Assembly (NCBI GenBank): GCA_038245785.1 | Contig: JBBRSB010000041.1 | Coordinates: forward strand, 1-28,698 | Direction: 5' to 3' | Length of the DNA stretch: 28,698 nt | From: Gloeobacterales cyanobacterium | GTDB taxonomy: Bacteria > Cyanobacteriota > Cyanobacteriia > Gloeobacterales > PMM-0068 | Part shown: positions 9,630-18,297 of the stretch, one piece after another | How positions within the stretch are numbered: the first letter of the stretch is position 1 | Layout of the letters: every line of letters begins with the position of its first letter | Notes under the pieces: model-generated | What the model was told of the DNA's origin: nothing | Seen by the model: only the letters and a program-made list of their open reading frames with translations | The model's database searches: none | Position numbers and translations under genes: made by a program

Positions 9630-10433
9630 CTAGTGGGTGATAAATTTTTCAAGTATATCAAGCATAGGGGCATGTAGTATTTTGTTGGAAGCAAGCATCT
9701 CTCCGCCAAATATGAAGTTATGATCACCATGGAAATCGGTTACCTTTCCTCCGGCTTGTTGCACAATGAATGCTCCGGCAGCTACATCCCAGGGGTGAAG
9801 GCCATATTCGTAAAAGCTTTCGAATCTTCCGCAAGCCACATAAGTCAAATCAACCGCTGCAGATCCCAGACGGCGCAAACCCGATGTATTTTTCATGAAG
9901 TATTTGAAGATTTCCATGTAGGCATCCAGTTTATCATAGTCATAATATGGGAAACCGGTTGCCAGTAATGCCTTGTCCATTGAGGAAACCATTGAAACAC
10001 TGATTTCGCTTCCGTTGAGCAGGGCAGGGGCATCCTCCCAGGAAGAAAAACATTCATCAAGATTGGCTTCATGCACAACGCCAAGCAAAGGTCTGTCTCC
10101 GTCAAGCAAGGCAATGGAAACAGAAAATACTGGCAGGCGGTGGATAAAGTTTGTGGTGCCATCCAGGGGGTCCACCACCCAACGGTAGCGGTCGCCATGT
10201 TTGTCCACTGATTTTTCCTCCAGCAGCATCCCCGCTGCTGGCATTAGTTTTCCCAGTCGTGCGGCTATCTTTTGCTCGGCTGTTTGATCAACATAGGTAA
10301 CAAAATCATGCAAGCCCTTTATTTGTATATCCTTTGCATTCACCATGCCGACCTCAGATAATAAAAATTGGGTGATTTCCTTGGTGAGCTCGGTTACATT
10401 TGCAGTAAGATATTTTAGTTCGGTTGTGTTCAT
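9630..10433 (-). CDS. suhB: Inositol monophosphatase family protein
   Basis: DFVTYVD, WVVDPLDGTTNF, RRLGSAAVD and PWDVAAG motifs. Confidence 0.92.
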   Translation of the reverse strand: MNTTELKYLTANVTELTKEITQFLLSEVGMVNAKDIQIKGLHDFVTYVDQTAEQKIAARLGKLMPAAGMLLEEKSVDKHGDRYRWVVDPLDGTTNFIHRLPVFSVSIALLDGDRPLLGVVHEANLDECFSSWEDAPALLNGSEISVSMVSSMDKALLATGFPYYDYDKLDAYMEIFKYFMKNTSGLRRLGSAAVDLTYVACGRFESFYEYGLHPWDVAAGAFIVQQAGGKVTDFHGDHNFIFGGEMLASNKILHAPMLDILEKFITH

Positions 10434-10477
10434 GCGCAGAAATATATGGTTTACGATATAATACCTAATGCCTTAAA

Positions 10478-10528
10478 GGAGTGCCTGGAGTGCCTGGAGT
10501 GCGCTAGAGTGCCTGGAGTGCCTGGAGT
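10478..10528. repeat. Intergenic 9-bp tandem repeat (GGAGTGCCT) x about 5.5
   Basis: ggagtgcct ggagtgcct ggagtgcgct agagtgcct ggagtgcct ggagt read directly. Confidence 0.95.
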
Positions 10529-10621
10529 TGGTTTTCTAATTCCGTTTATGTTATGATGTTGTACGCTTTTTTTAATATTGTATCAATTGCCTGGTGTCTA
10601 TTACAGAATGCCTTTCTACTT

Positions 10622-11953
10622 TTAGCTTATCAGTTCAACCCTGCAACAATCCCCATCCCTGCCAAGCAATCGGACAGCAATGATCTTGTTGATCAGTTCA
10701 GCGTTATAAGGGGTCATGACTTTGATATAGTTTTCGGTAAATCCGAACATCATACCATCTTCCTGGTCCGATTCAAAGAGCACATTAAAAAGCAGTCCCT
10801 GCTGGCTTTCATAGAAATGCATCTTTTTTTCTGTTGATAATTTATGCAATTCCTGGCTTCGGTGTTTGCGTGTTTTCTCGTCCACAGCCGCTTCCATTAC
10901 ATTTGCCTTGGTACCAGGTCTTTCGCTGTAAGTAAAAACATGGAGGTATGAAATATCAAGTTCAGCAATAAAACGATAACTGTCGGTGAAATCCTCATCC
11001 GTCTCACCCGGAAATCCTACAATAACATCAGCAGCAATGCAGGCTCCGGGCATCAGTTTTTTAATGAGCTGCACCCTGGCTGAAAATACCCCGCGAAGGT
11101 ATTTCCTGTGCATGGCAGCCAGTATTTTATCTGACCCTGATTGCAGCGGGATATGAAAATGGGGGAGTATCTTGTTGGAAGCGGCTACAAAAGAGATGAT
11201 CTCCCCTGAAAGCAATTCGGGTTCAATGGATGAAATCCGGATGCGCTCAATACCGTCCACCTTATCGAGTTCACGGATGAGCTGGATAAATTTTTCATCA
11301 TTTCCGCGGCCAAAATCACCAATGTTCACACCCGTAAGCACAATTTCTTTGATCCCTGTTGCCGCAATTTCATGGGCTACCTTCAGCGTGTTGTCAATGG
11401 TGTCCGAACGGCTTCTGCCTCGCAGGTAAGGTATGCTGCAGTATGTGCAGAAATAATCACATCCGTCCTGCACTTTAAAGAAAGAGCGTGTGCGGTCGTT
11501 GGCAGAATAGGAGGGGATGAAGATCCGCGTCCTACTGATATCTGATGCCAGGGTCTCCTCACGAAATTCGTCATGGTATGCGGGCCTTGCAGGCTCATCC
11601 CCGGTGGAATTCAATGCATCAACGATTTCTCCAAGCCTGAATTTTTCCTGTGTACCCAGTACCCACGACACACCTTCCATCTTCAGGAACATTTCAGGAT
11701 TTGCCTGTGCAGCGCAGCCAATTACAGCCACTGATGCTTTTGGGTTTCTTTTTACGGCCTGTCTGATGCTCGCTTTACATTTGCGCTCGGCAGCTGCCGT
11801 GACCGAGCAGGTGTGAATGACATAAACGTCTGCTTGCTGGTCGAAATCGACCAGTTCGTAATCATCCGCTCCGAACTGACGCGAAATGGTGGATGTTTCG
11901 GAAAAGTTCAGTTTACAACCCAGTGTATGAAAAGCAATACGTTTCTTTTGCAT
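10622..11953 (-). CDS. mtaB: tRNA t6A37 methylthiotransferase (radical SAM)
   Basis: TLGCKLNFSE, HTCSVT, KVQDGCDYFCTYC (CX3CX2C), HIPLQSGS, DVIVGFPGET and YSERPGT motifs. Confidence 0.93.
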   Translation of the reverse strand: MQKKRIAFHTLGCKLNFSETSTISRQFGADDYELVDFDQQADVYVIHTCSVTAAAERKCKASIRQAVKRNPKASVAVIGCAAQANPEMFLKMEGVSWVLGTQEKFRLGEIVDALNSTGDEPARPAYHDEFREETLASDISRTRIFIPSYSANDRTRSFFKVQDGCDYFCTYCSIPYLRGRSRSDTIDNTLKVAHEIAATGIKEIVLTGVNIGDFGRGNDEKFIQLIRELDKVDGIERIRISSIEPELLSGEIISFVAASNKILPHFHIPLQSGSDKILAAMHRKYLRGVFSARVQLIKKLMPGACIAADVIVGFPGETDEDFTDSYRFIAELDISYLHVFTYSERPGTKANVMEAAVDEKTRKHRSQELHKLSTEKKMHFYESQQGLLFNVLFESDQEDGMMFGFTENYIKVMTPYNAELINKIIAVRLLGRDGDCCRVELIS

Positions 11954-11958
11954 GGGTG

Positions 11959-11966
11959 CAAAAGTA
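11959..11966 (-). promoter_or_regulatory. -7 promoter box (TACTTTTG) 5 nt before the mtaB ATG
   Basis: Minus strand reads TACTTTTG-CACCC-ATG. Confidence 0.6.
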
Positions 11967-12007
11967 CGGATTTAAGTGCTATCTGCATTGCAAGCGCTAG
12001 GCCACAT

Positions 12008-12886
12008 CTATTTTCTGCTGTATTGCTGAAGTACAATGCCACTAACGATGAAAGCCAAACCTAAAAGAGTAGAAATCATGATCTTTTCACCAACGACAAT
12101 GGATACGATAAGCAGTGAAAGAAAGGGGGCAATGTAGATCAGATTGGTGACTTTGGCTGTCGTGACGGAAAGCTGCAATGCCTTTAACCAGAAGATAAAG
12201 GTGATGCCCATTTCGAAGCATCCGATATAGGTAACGCCCATAAGCCCTTTTGCATCAGGGATGATGAAGTTGCCGGTGGCCAGGCTATAAATCAGAATAT
12301 ATATGAAACCAAAAACAAAGTTCAGGAAGAGTTTACTTTCTTCGTCGCGCTTATCTTTTACGTTCAATATCCAGAAGAATGCCCAAAAGACCGCGCTACC
12401 CAATGCCAGTGCTACGCCAAACGGATTGCTAAACCTGAAATCGAAGATATGCCCCCCTGTTGCAATGATAAACGTACCCATGAAACTGATGCAAATGGCT
12501 ATTACACTCTTCAGGCTGATGGGCTGCCGAAGCAGGGGTATGGAAAGCAGGACCAGCATTACCGGCCAGATGTAATTCAGTGCCACGGCTTCCTGCGCCA
12601 GCAGGATGGAATAAGCTTTGAGTAGCACCATGTAATACAGGAAAGGATTGAACAGTCCAAGTAATGCCGAATGTGCCACATCCTTTATCGAAAGCGAGCG
12701 TAGCAGACTGACTTTATGTTGAAAAACAAGAACGGTTCCTATAACACAAAGAGAGATCAACGTTGCATAAAAAAGCAACTGCACAAAATTCATGTGCCTG
12801 AGCGACAGTTTAAAGGCAGAACCAATTGTTGCCCAGAAAAAGATGGCGGCTAAAGCAAATAAATAAGCCTTCCGTTGTTGCTGCAT
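12008..12886 (-). CDS. DMT/EamA family transporter
   Basis: 292 aa with about 10 TM helices in two EamA-like halves (NYIWPV; IYIAPFLS...VGEKI). Confidence 0.88.
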   Translation of the reverse strand: MQQQRKAYLFALAAIFFWATIGSAFKLSLRHMNFVQLLFYATLISLCVIGTVLVFQHKVSLLRSLSIKDVAHSALLGLFNPFLYYMVLLKAYSILLAQEAVALNYIWPVMLVLLSIPLLRQPISLKSVIAICISFMGTFIIATGGHIFDFRFSNPFGVALALGSAVFWAFFWILNVKDKRDEESKLFLNFVFGFIYILIYSLATGNFIIPDAKGLMGVTYIGCFEMGITFIFWLKALQLSVTTAKVTNLIYIAPFLSLLIVSIVVGEKIMISTLLGLAFIVSGIVLQQYSRK

Positions 12887-12890
12887 ACCG

Positions 12891-12898
12891 CAAAGATA
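12891..12898 (-). promoter_or_regulatory. -7 promoter box (TATCTTTG) 4 nt before the DMT gene ATG
   Basis: Minus strand reads TATCTTTG-CGGT-ATG. Confidence 0.6.
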
Positions 12899-12932
12899 AC
12901 CGGATTCTGCTTAAATACCCACCTGCTGCTTA

Positions 12933-12963
12933 TTTGCTAATTTGATGATTATGTTTACATTTG
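12933..12963 (+). promoter_or_regulatory. Bacteroidota -33/-7 promoter for the carbamate kinase / OTC operon
   Basis: TTTG (12933-12936), a 19-nt spacer, then TACATTTG (12956-12963). Confidence 0.7.
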
Positions 12964-12989
12964 CACATAATCACAGAAAGTACTTATAT

Positions 12990-13934
12990 ATGAAGAAACT
13001 TGCAGTCGTCGCTTTTGGCGGAAATGCCCTTCTTCGTGGTGACCAGCTCGGCACCATTGATGAACAGGAAGCAAATGCATATTATGCCAGCGAGCGGTTG
13101 CTCGAACTCATCAACCGCGAATACAATATAGTTGTTACGCATGGCAATGGTCCCCAGGTTGGCAATATTATTCTGGCCAATGCTGCTGGTAATAAGGTTT
13201 ATGGCCTGCCCAACATGCCAATGGATATCAGTGTAGCTTATTCACAGGGCTTTATTGGTTACATGATTGAGCAGCAGTTACGCAATGTATTGCGTTCCCA
13301 CGACCTGGATCGCGACATCATAACCATCATTACCCAGGTGCTTGTAGATCGTGATGATCCTGCATTTGACAATCCTACCAAGCCTATCGGACCGTTCTAT
13401 ACAAGAGAAGAAGCTGACCGTCTGGCTGTCGAATCCCCTGCCGTGTACAAGGAAGATCCCCGCGGCCGTGGCTGGCGCAAAGTGGTGGCTTCACCAAAAC
13501 CACTCGTGATCTCCAACCAGAAGTCTATCGAAAGACTCTGCCGCGATGGCCAGATCGTTATCGCTGTCGGCGGTGGCGGGATACCCACCTTTTTTGCATC
13601 TGAGAACAAGCTCCAGGGTATAGATGCCGTTATTGATAAGGACCTCGCTTCAGCTTTACTGGCAGGCAATATCAGTGCTGACAAGCTTTTCATACTTACT
13701 GATGTGCCTAAGGTTTGTATCAACTACAACACACCCCAGGAGAAAACCATCGACCGCATGAATGTAAAACAGGCAAAACAATATATAGCAGAAGGACATT
13801 TTGCCGAAGGAAGTATGGCACCCAAAGTGCGAGCTGCCTTGCATTTTGTAAAACATACCGGTAAGGATGCCATTATCACCAGCGCCGAACGTCTGGGTAT
13901 TGATAATGGCGGAACACGGGTTTCGATCGTTTAA
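12990..13934 (+). CDS. arcC: Carbamate kinase
   Basis: [36 protein letters not shown] and GSMAPK motifs. The ATG at 12990 is preferred over the TTG at 12942, which lies inside the promoter. Confidence 0.95.
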   Translation: MKKLAVVAFGGNALLRGDQLGTIDEQEANAYYASERLLELINREYNIVVTHGNGPQVGNIILANAAGNKVYGLPNMPMDISVAYSQGFIGYMIEQQLRNVLRSHDLDRDIITIITQVLVDRDDPAFDNPTKPIGPFYTREEADRLAVESPAVYKEDPRGRGWRKVVASPKPLVISNQKSIERLCRDGQIVIAVGGGGIPTFFASENKLQGIDAVIDKDLASALLAGNISADKLFILTDVPKVCINYNTPQEKTIDRMNVKQAKQYIAEGHFAEGSMAPKVRAALHFVKHTGKDAIITSAERLGIDNGGTRVSIV

Positions 13935-13993
13935 GCTTTCAAACACATCAAACGATTAAGAAAAATATCATAAACACATTAAAAGATAGCACA

Positions 13994-14995
13994 ATGTCAT
14001 TCAATCTAAGAAACAGGAATTTTTTAAAACTGCTTGATTTTACACCCCAGGAAATCAAGCATCTGCTCGACCTGGCAGCCAGTCTGAAACAAGCCAAATA
14101 TACAGGCACTGAGCAGCAGTTGCTCAAAGGGAAAAACATCATTCTCCTTTTCGAGAAAGATTCGACCCGCACCCGCTGTGCTTTTGAAGTAGCAGCTTTG
14201 GACCAGGGCGCGCATGTGACCTACCTGGGACCTTCAGGATCACAGATGGGTAAGAAGGAATCCATGAAGGATACCGCCCGTGTACTCGGTCGCATGTACG
14301 ATGGCATGGAATACCGCGGTTATGGCCAGCACATCGTGGAAGAACTCGGTAAATATGCAGGCATTCCTGTCTGGAATGGCCTGACCACAGAATTTCATCC
14401 TACCCAGATTCTTGCCGATTTCCTCACCATGAGTGAACATTCAGATAAACCTCTCAAACAGGTATCATTCTGTTATCTGGGTGATGCGCAAAACAATATG
14501 GGTAATTCACTGATGGTAGGTGCTGCCAAGATGGGCATGGATTTTCGCGCTGCAGCGCCAAAGGCTTGCTGGCCGGAAGAGAAACTTGTAGAAACCTGCA
14601 GGGAAATTGCCAAGGCAACAGGTGGCAAAATACTGCTAACCGAAAATGTAGCTGAAGGCGTGAAAGGTGTTGATTTCCTTTATACCGATGTTTGGGTGAG
14701 TATGGGCGAACCTGCCGAAGTATGGGCAGAGCGTATCAAATTGCTGAAACCTTACCAGGTTAATGCTGATGTGGTAAAGAAAACAGGTAATCCAAAAGTT
14801 AAATTCCTGCATTGTCTGCCTGCATTTCACAACCGTGAAACGCTCATGGGTGAAGATATCTTTCAAAAATACGGAATGGATGGCCTGGAAGTGACCGACG
14901 AAGTTTTTGAATCTCCTATGTCTGTTGTCTTCGACGAAGCCGAAAACCGGCTGCATACGATCAAAGCTGTTATGGTTGCCACATTGGGCGCATAG
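13994..14995 (+). CDS. argF: Ornithine carbamoyltransferase (probably catabolic ArcB-type given the arcC context)
   Basis: [33 protein letters not shown] and [10 protein letters not shown] motifs. Confidence 0.95.
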   Translation: MSFNLRNRNFLKLLDFTPQEIKHLLDLAASLKQAKYTGTEQQLLKGKNIILLFEKDSTRTRCAFEVAALDQGAHVTYLGPSGSQMGKKESMKDTARVLGRMYDGMEYRGYGQHIVEELGKYAGIPVWNGLTTEFHPTQILADFLTMSEHSDKPLKQVSFCYLGDAQNNMGNSLMVGAAKMGMDFRAAAPKACWPEEKLVETCREIAKATGGKILLTENVAEGVKGVDFLYTDVWVSMGEPAEVWAERIKLLKPYQVNADVVKKTGNPKVKFLHCLPAFHNRETLMGEDIFQKYGMDGLEVTDEVFESPMSVVFDEAENRLHTIKAVMVATLGA

Positions 14996-15015
14996 CTTTT
15001 TGAGCCAATACAATT

Positions 15016-15053
15016 GTCCGGACGCTGTGTTATCGCGGGTCCGGACTTTTTTA
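15016..15053 (+). terminator. Intrinsic terminator after the OTC gene
   Basis: GTCCGGAC...GTCCGGAC stem followed by TTTTTT. Confidence 0.7.
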
Positions 15054-15125
15054 TGCAAACCAGGATGAATCTGCGTTTGCAGAACTGTCTGAACAAATGC
15101 CCCTTCGTTCAGACTTTCTTTTATT

Positions 15126-15133
15126 TACCTTTG
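15126..15133 (+). promoter_or_regulatory. -7 promoter box (TACCTTTG) for the PAP2 gene
   Basis: Exact TAnnTTTG match about 90 nt upstream of the ATG at 15223. Confidence 0.5.
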
Positions 15134-15222
15134 TCTCACTGTTTCCCACCATTTTCATTTTAATCTGCAATACCTTTATTCAGCAGCCAGGCAAGCGGGC
15201 AAAACTTTTTAACAAATAGAAA

Positions 15223-15999
15223 ATGAACAAATTATTCGCCGCTTTTTTGATCCTTTTAAGCTTAAATGGTTTCTGTCAGCCCAATGCAGATACAGCCATT
15301 ACCAAGGCAAGGGTTGACAAATATTATATAACATCCTATTTAAAAGATTACCGTGATTTGCTCACCAGCCCTTTTAAGCCTACTGTGGCAAAATATGTTG
15401 GTGCGGGAGTATATGCCGGGACCATGTACCTGTTGATTTCACGGGGTGATCAGCAGATCCAGCTGTTTGCACAACGCCAGAGAACGCCGTTTACCAATAA
15501 CCTCACAAAATATGTTTTTGAACCTATGGGCAGCGGCATCTATCCATTGATCGCTGTAGCTTCATTCTATGCCCAGGGTATCCTCTGTGATAACCAGCGG
15601 AGCAAGAAAGTGGCCATGAATTGCGTGAAATCATTTATCATTGCGAATAGTTTTTCACAAGTTTCAAAGTTTGCATTTTCCCGCCAACGGCCAGATCAGG
15701 TTGCTCCTGATTCCCATAAGTGGTTTATGGGCAGACCTAATGAATCATTCTTTTCAGGTCATACAACAACTGCTTTTTCCGTTGCTACCGTAATAGCGGA
15801 GGAATACAAGGGAACCTTGTGGGTACCGGTGGTATGCTATACGCTGGCTTCCTGCACTGGTTTGGCGCGGATACACGATAATGAGCACTGGGCGAGCGAT
15901 GTGCTCACAGGTGCCCTGGTTGGCTACCTGACCGGCCGGTTGATCGTACGCAAGAATAACTGGGGAATAAATATTGTTCCAGGCATTATATTGCCGTAA
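15223..15999 (+). CDS. PAP2-superfamily phosphatase with signal peptide
   Basis: KFAFSRQRP (KX6RP), SFFSGH and ARIHDNEHWASD motifs. Confidence 0.9.
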   Translation: MNKLFAAFLILLSLNGFCQPNADTAITKARVDKYYITSYLKDYRDLLTSPFKPTVAKYVGAGVYAGTMYLLISRGDQQIQLFAQRQRTPFTNNLTKYVFEPMGSGIYPLIAVASFYAQGILCDNQRSKKVAMNCVKSFIIANSFSQVSKFAFSRQRPDQVAPDSHKWFMGRPNESFFSGHTTTAFSVATVIAEEYKGTLWVPVVCYTLASCTGLARIHDNEHWASDVLTGALVGYLTGRLIVRKNNWGINIVPGIILP

Positions 16000-16047
16000 T
16001 GATCCAATGAGAATTACTGCTGATGGCACCTGAAGGCATGCCAGGCT

Positions 16048-16425
16048 CTAAAACAGGCTGAGGATTTTCGGCAAAAAGATGACCAGCCCTATGATTAGGG
16101 CTGTGAAGGCACTTACCAGCACTGCCGCCGCCGATAGATCCTTGATCTTTTTAATCATATCGTGTTGCTCAGGAGAGATAAAATCTGCGATATTCTCAAT
16201 GGCGGAATTAATAATTTCAAGTGTAATCACGAATCCCATCGCAAAAACGAGCGCAATCCACTCAATCACAGACACTTTCAGAAGAATAGCGGCTATCAGA
16301 GCACAAATGGCTGCAAGCAAATGAATTCTTGCATTGTGCTCTTCACGTACAAGAATTTTCAAGCCGTTGAATGCATATCCAAAGCTTTTAATCCTTTTTT
16401 GGATGGAGAATCGCTGCTGCTTCAT
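16048..16425 (-). CDS. dgkA: Diacylglycerol/undecaprenol kinase, DgkA family
   Basis: SFGYAFNG, EHNARIH, EIINSAIE and KIKDLSAAAVL motifs; 3 TM helices. Confidence 0.9.
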   Translation of the reverse strand: MKQQRFSIQKRIKSFGYAFNGLKILVREEHNARIHLLAAICALIAAILLKVSVIEWIALVFAMGFVITLEIINSAIENIADFISPEQHDMIKKIKDLSAAAVLVSAFTALIIGLVIFLPKILSLF

Positions 16426-16725
16426 CGTATCGCTTTTTTTGTCCTAAATTTTTATGCCGGTAACAGTTTGAAAAAGCAGTTGAATCCGGCAGCCCGCCGT
16501 TAGAACCACTACAGGGCTTTCAAGCCAGGCTAATGCCTTGAACCTGTTTCTTCCTGAATGGTAAATATAGAAAAGTTCTTTGAATTGTGAAATTTCAACC
16601 GGGAACTGTGTGTAATCAAAGCTGCTGATTCCAGTGTATGGCTTCGGTTTCCAAAGTCTAAATGCTTATTTGTCTCAAACGGCAAACAATTTCTACCTGC
16701 GTTGGTAATATTGCCATTTTTGGCT

Positions 16726-16733
16726 TAGTTTTG
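16726..16733 (+). promoter_or_regulatory. -7 promoter box (TAGTTTTG) for tRNA-Gly
   Basis: Exact TAnnTTTG match 40 nt upstream of the tRNA. Confidence 0.5.
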
Positions 16734-16773
16734 CGTAAGTTTTGGCACAACAGATGTGACATGTCAATCATAC

Positions 16774-16846
16774 GCGGAAGTAGCTCAGTTGGTAGAGCAT
16801 CAGCTTCCCAAGCTGAGGGTCGAGGGTTCGAATCCCTTTTTCCGCT
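16774..16846 (+). tRNA. tRNA-Gly (anticodon CCC), CCA end not encoded
   Basis: Cloverleaf folded by hand: acceptor GCGGAAG/TTTCCGC, D-arm GCTC/GAGC, anticodon arm TCAGC-TTCCCAA-GCTGA, T-arm GAGGG-TTCGAAT-CCCTT. Confidence 0.97.
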
Positions 16847-16854
16847 CTGAAAAT

Positions 16855-16888
16855 AAAGCAGTTAGCAAAATTTGTTAACTGCTTTTTT
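16855..16888. terminator. Probably bidirectional terminator between the tRNA and the phage lysis genes
   Basis: AAAGCAGTTAGCAAA / TTTGTTAACTGCTTT hairpin with an A-rich left flank and a T-rich right flank. Confidence 0.8.
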
Positions 16889-16894
16889 CATTTT

Positions 16895-16917
16895 CAACAT
16901 ACAAAGCAACATACAAA
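16895..16917. repeat. 11-bp direct repeat CAACATACAAA x2 (candidate integrase arm-type sites)
   Basis: Perfect copies at 16895-16905 and 16907-16917, about 50 nt from the tRNA 3' end. The function is inferred. Confidence 0.6.
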
Positions 16918-16928
16918 TTGATTTATAA

Positions 16929-17510
16929 TTACCGATAAAACCGGAGTTTCCACCATGTGGAAAAGAGGAAATCTTTATTGAAGGGATTGTAGGCTACCGC
17001 GAAAATATGATCTGTTCTGGTTTGATAGAGCAGTGAGGGTGAGAAAGTAAAATCTATTGGATACAATGAAACTTGAGCGCCAAGGAAGAGCTTTGGACGC
17101 TGAGGTTCAGTGATTGTGGTCGTTTGATGAATGGTTTGTGTGCGGGAATAGAATTTAGATTGAACGTATCCCTGGCATAGTTTATTTTGAAAAACCGTAT
17201 CAGTAAGCGTAATGAGGGCATTGGAATCATTTACCAGGGTGCGCTGATACACGTTTCTTGTAAAGAACTCATGGATAATAGCTGAGGTGTCGATGGGTTG
17301 AGCAAGCATATACCAGTCGCCAGTGTCTCGAAATTCAATATAGGGGACCGGGACGAGGTTGGGATAATACAAAGTGTCATAAATAGTAGTAATGGTTGTT
17401 AACGGAGACGGAACTTCCGGACATTTATGCTTTGGCTTACACATCTGCAAAAACAGAATGACATAAAGCAGGATCAGGATAATTGTATAAGGGATAAACT
17501 TTGGGTTCAT
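16929..17510 (-). CDS. Membrane-anchored phage protein, putative spanin-like lysis accessory
   Basis: N-terminal hydrophobic helix plus Cys (QMC), a Pro/Thr-rich middle and amphipathic C-terminal beta-strands. It is the last gene of the operon and has an ATGA overlap with the endolysin. Confidence 0.55.
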   Translation of the reverse strand: MNPKFIPYTIILILLYVILFLQMCKPKHKCPEVPSPLTTITTIYDTLYYPNLVPVPYIEFRDTGDWYMLAQPIDTSAIIHEFFTRNVYQRTLVNDSNALITLTDTVFQNKLCQGYVQSKFYSRTQTIHQTTTITEPQRPKLFLGAQVSLYPIDFTFSPSLLYQTRTDHIFAVAYNPFNKDFLFSTWWKLRFYR

Positions 17511-17806
17511 TTGGGGTCGTATTCAATGTGAAAGTGGTCGGCTTCAAAAATTACATCGAAGTCGATGGTAAGTGATTGTTTTAATGCTAAAAGCACTTTT
17601 GGAATCTGACTGGCCGTAAAATAGCTGGTGCGCAGGTCGAAGGCATAGCCAGAAGGATGCAGGCTGCCGGCATGGTGAACGGAGTCGTCGAGGGAAGTAA
17701 TGACAAGATCTTGTCCAAACATCCTGTAAACATCCGCTGCAATGAGGATGGCCAAGACTATCTGGGATTTCAGGTCGGCAAGTTTGACGGTGGATTTTAG
17801 TTGCAT
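17507..17806 (-). CDS. Small Zn-peptidase M15-like endolysin
   Basis: SLHPSGYAFD (SxHxxGxAxD) and DHFHIE (HxH) zinc-ligand motifs. Confidence 0.75.
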   Translation of the reverse strand: MQLKSTVKLADLKSQIVLAILIAADVYRMFGQDLVITSLDDSVHHAGSLHPSGYAFDLRTSYFTASQIPKVLLALKQSLTIDFDVIFEADHFHIEYDPK

Positions 17807-17810
17807 GGGA

Positions 17811-18029
17811 TCATTTTTTTGGGAGTCCGGTTACATCACTGTCTTTAGTAAAAGCAAAGCCGATGGTGGCTATGAAAGCTGAAATTGCGCCAAGGGAAGC
17901 ACCAACTTCAGTGAGGGTTGCCTTGCCTGCATATACCAATGCAAAGGAAATGAGCAGGACCAAAGCGCTGAGGTAAGAAACCAGGCTGGTTTTCCAGGAG
18001 GAATTCTTAGGATTTGAGAAGATCTTCAT
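17811..18029 (-). CDS. Putative holin (72 aa, 2 TM helices)
   Basis: From the ATG at 18029: MKIFSNPKNSSWKTSL..., two hydrophobic helices and a charged tail, directly upstream of the endolysin. Confidence 0.6.
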   Translation of the reverse strand: MKIFSNPKNSSWKTSLVSYLSALVLLISFALVYAGKATLTEVGASLGAISAFIATIGFAFTKDSDVTGLPKK

Positions 18030-18285
18030 GATAGTTGAGGTTTTTAAGGCGGTTAGGACAATTAGTGACAAAGCAAACAAGGGGTATAAGTTTTTCAAGC
18101 GTTTCAACACGGTCCTGGAGGTCCTTGTTTTTTGACAGAACCTCATCATACTGCTTTTCAATGAAGGCAATGGCCTTTTCCGTATAGTCGAGTTTTCCGG
18201 CTTTCCGGATATAGCGCAGCGTAAGGAGGGTGGAAATACCTCCACCGGTGATGAAGCTGAGAAGTAATGCGATATATGCGAGCAT
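18007..18285 (-). CDS. Single-TM coiled-coil protein of the lysis module (holin/antiholin-like)
   Basis: N-terminal TM helix, heptad region (YDEVLSKNKDLQDRVETLEK) and a C-terminal CX4CXXR. Confidence 0.55.
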   Translation of the reverse strand: MLAYIALLLSFITGGGISTLLTLRYIRKAGKLDYTEKAIAFIEKQYDEVLSKNKDLQDRVETLEKLIPLVCFVTNCPNRLKNLNYHEDLLKS

Positions 18286-18297
18286 AGGAATAAAATA

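Noticed and set aside
10478..10528. Possible CRISPR array
   Set aside because: The units are 9 bp with no spacers and there are no cas genes. I saw no CRISPR-like repeat-spacer array anywhere in the window.
16662..16850. 62-aa ORF
   Set aside because: It overlaps the tRNA-Gly and its promoter.
17811..18245. 144-aa ORF as listed in the track
   Set aside because: The first 72 aa overlap the 18007-18285 gene in another frame. The ATG at 18029 gives a more plausible 2-TM holin.
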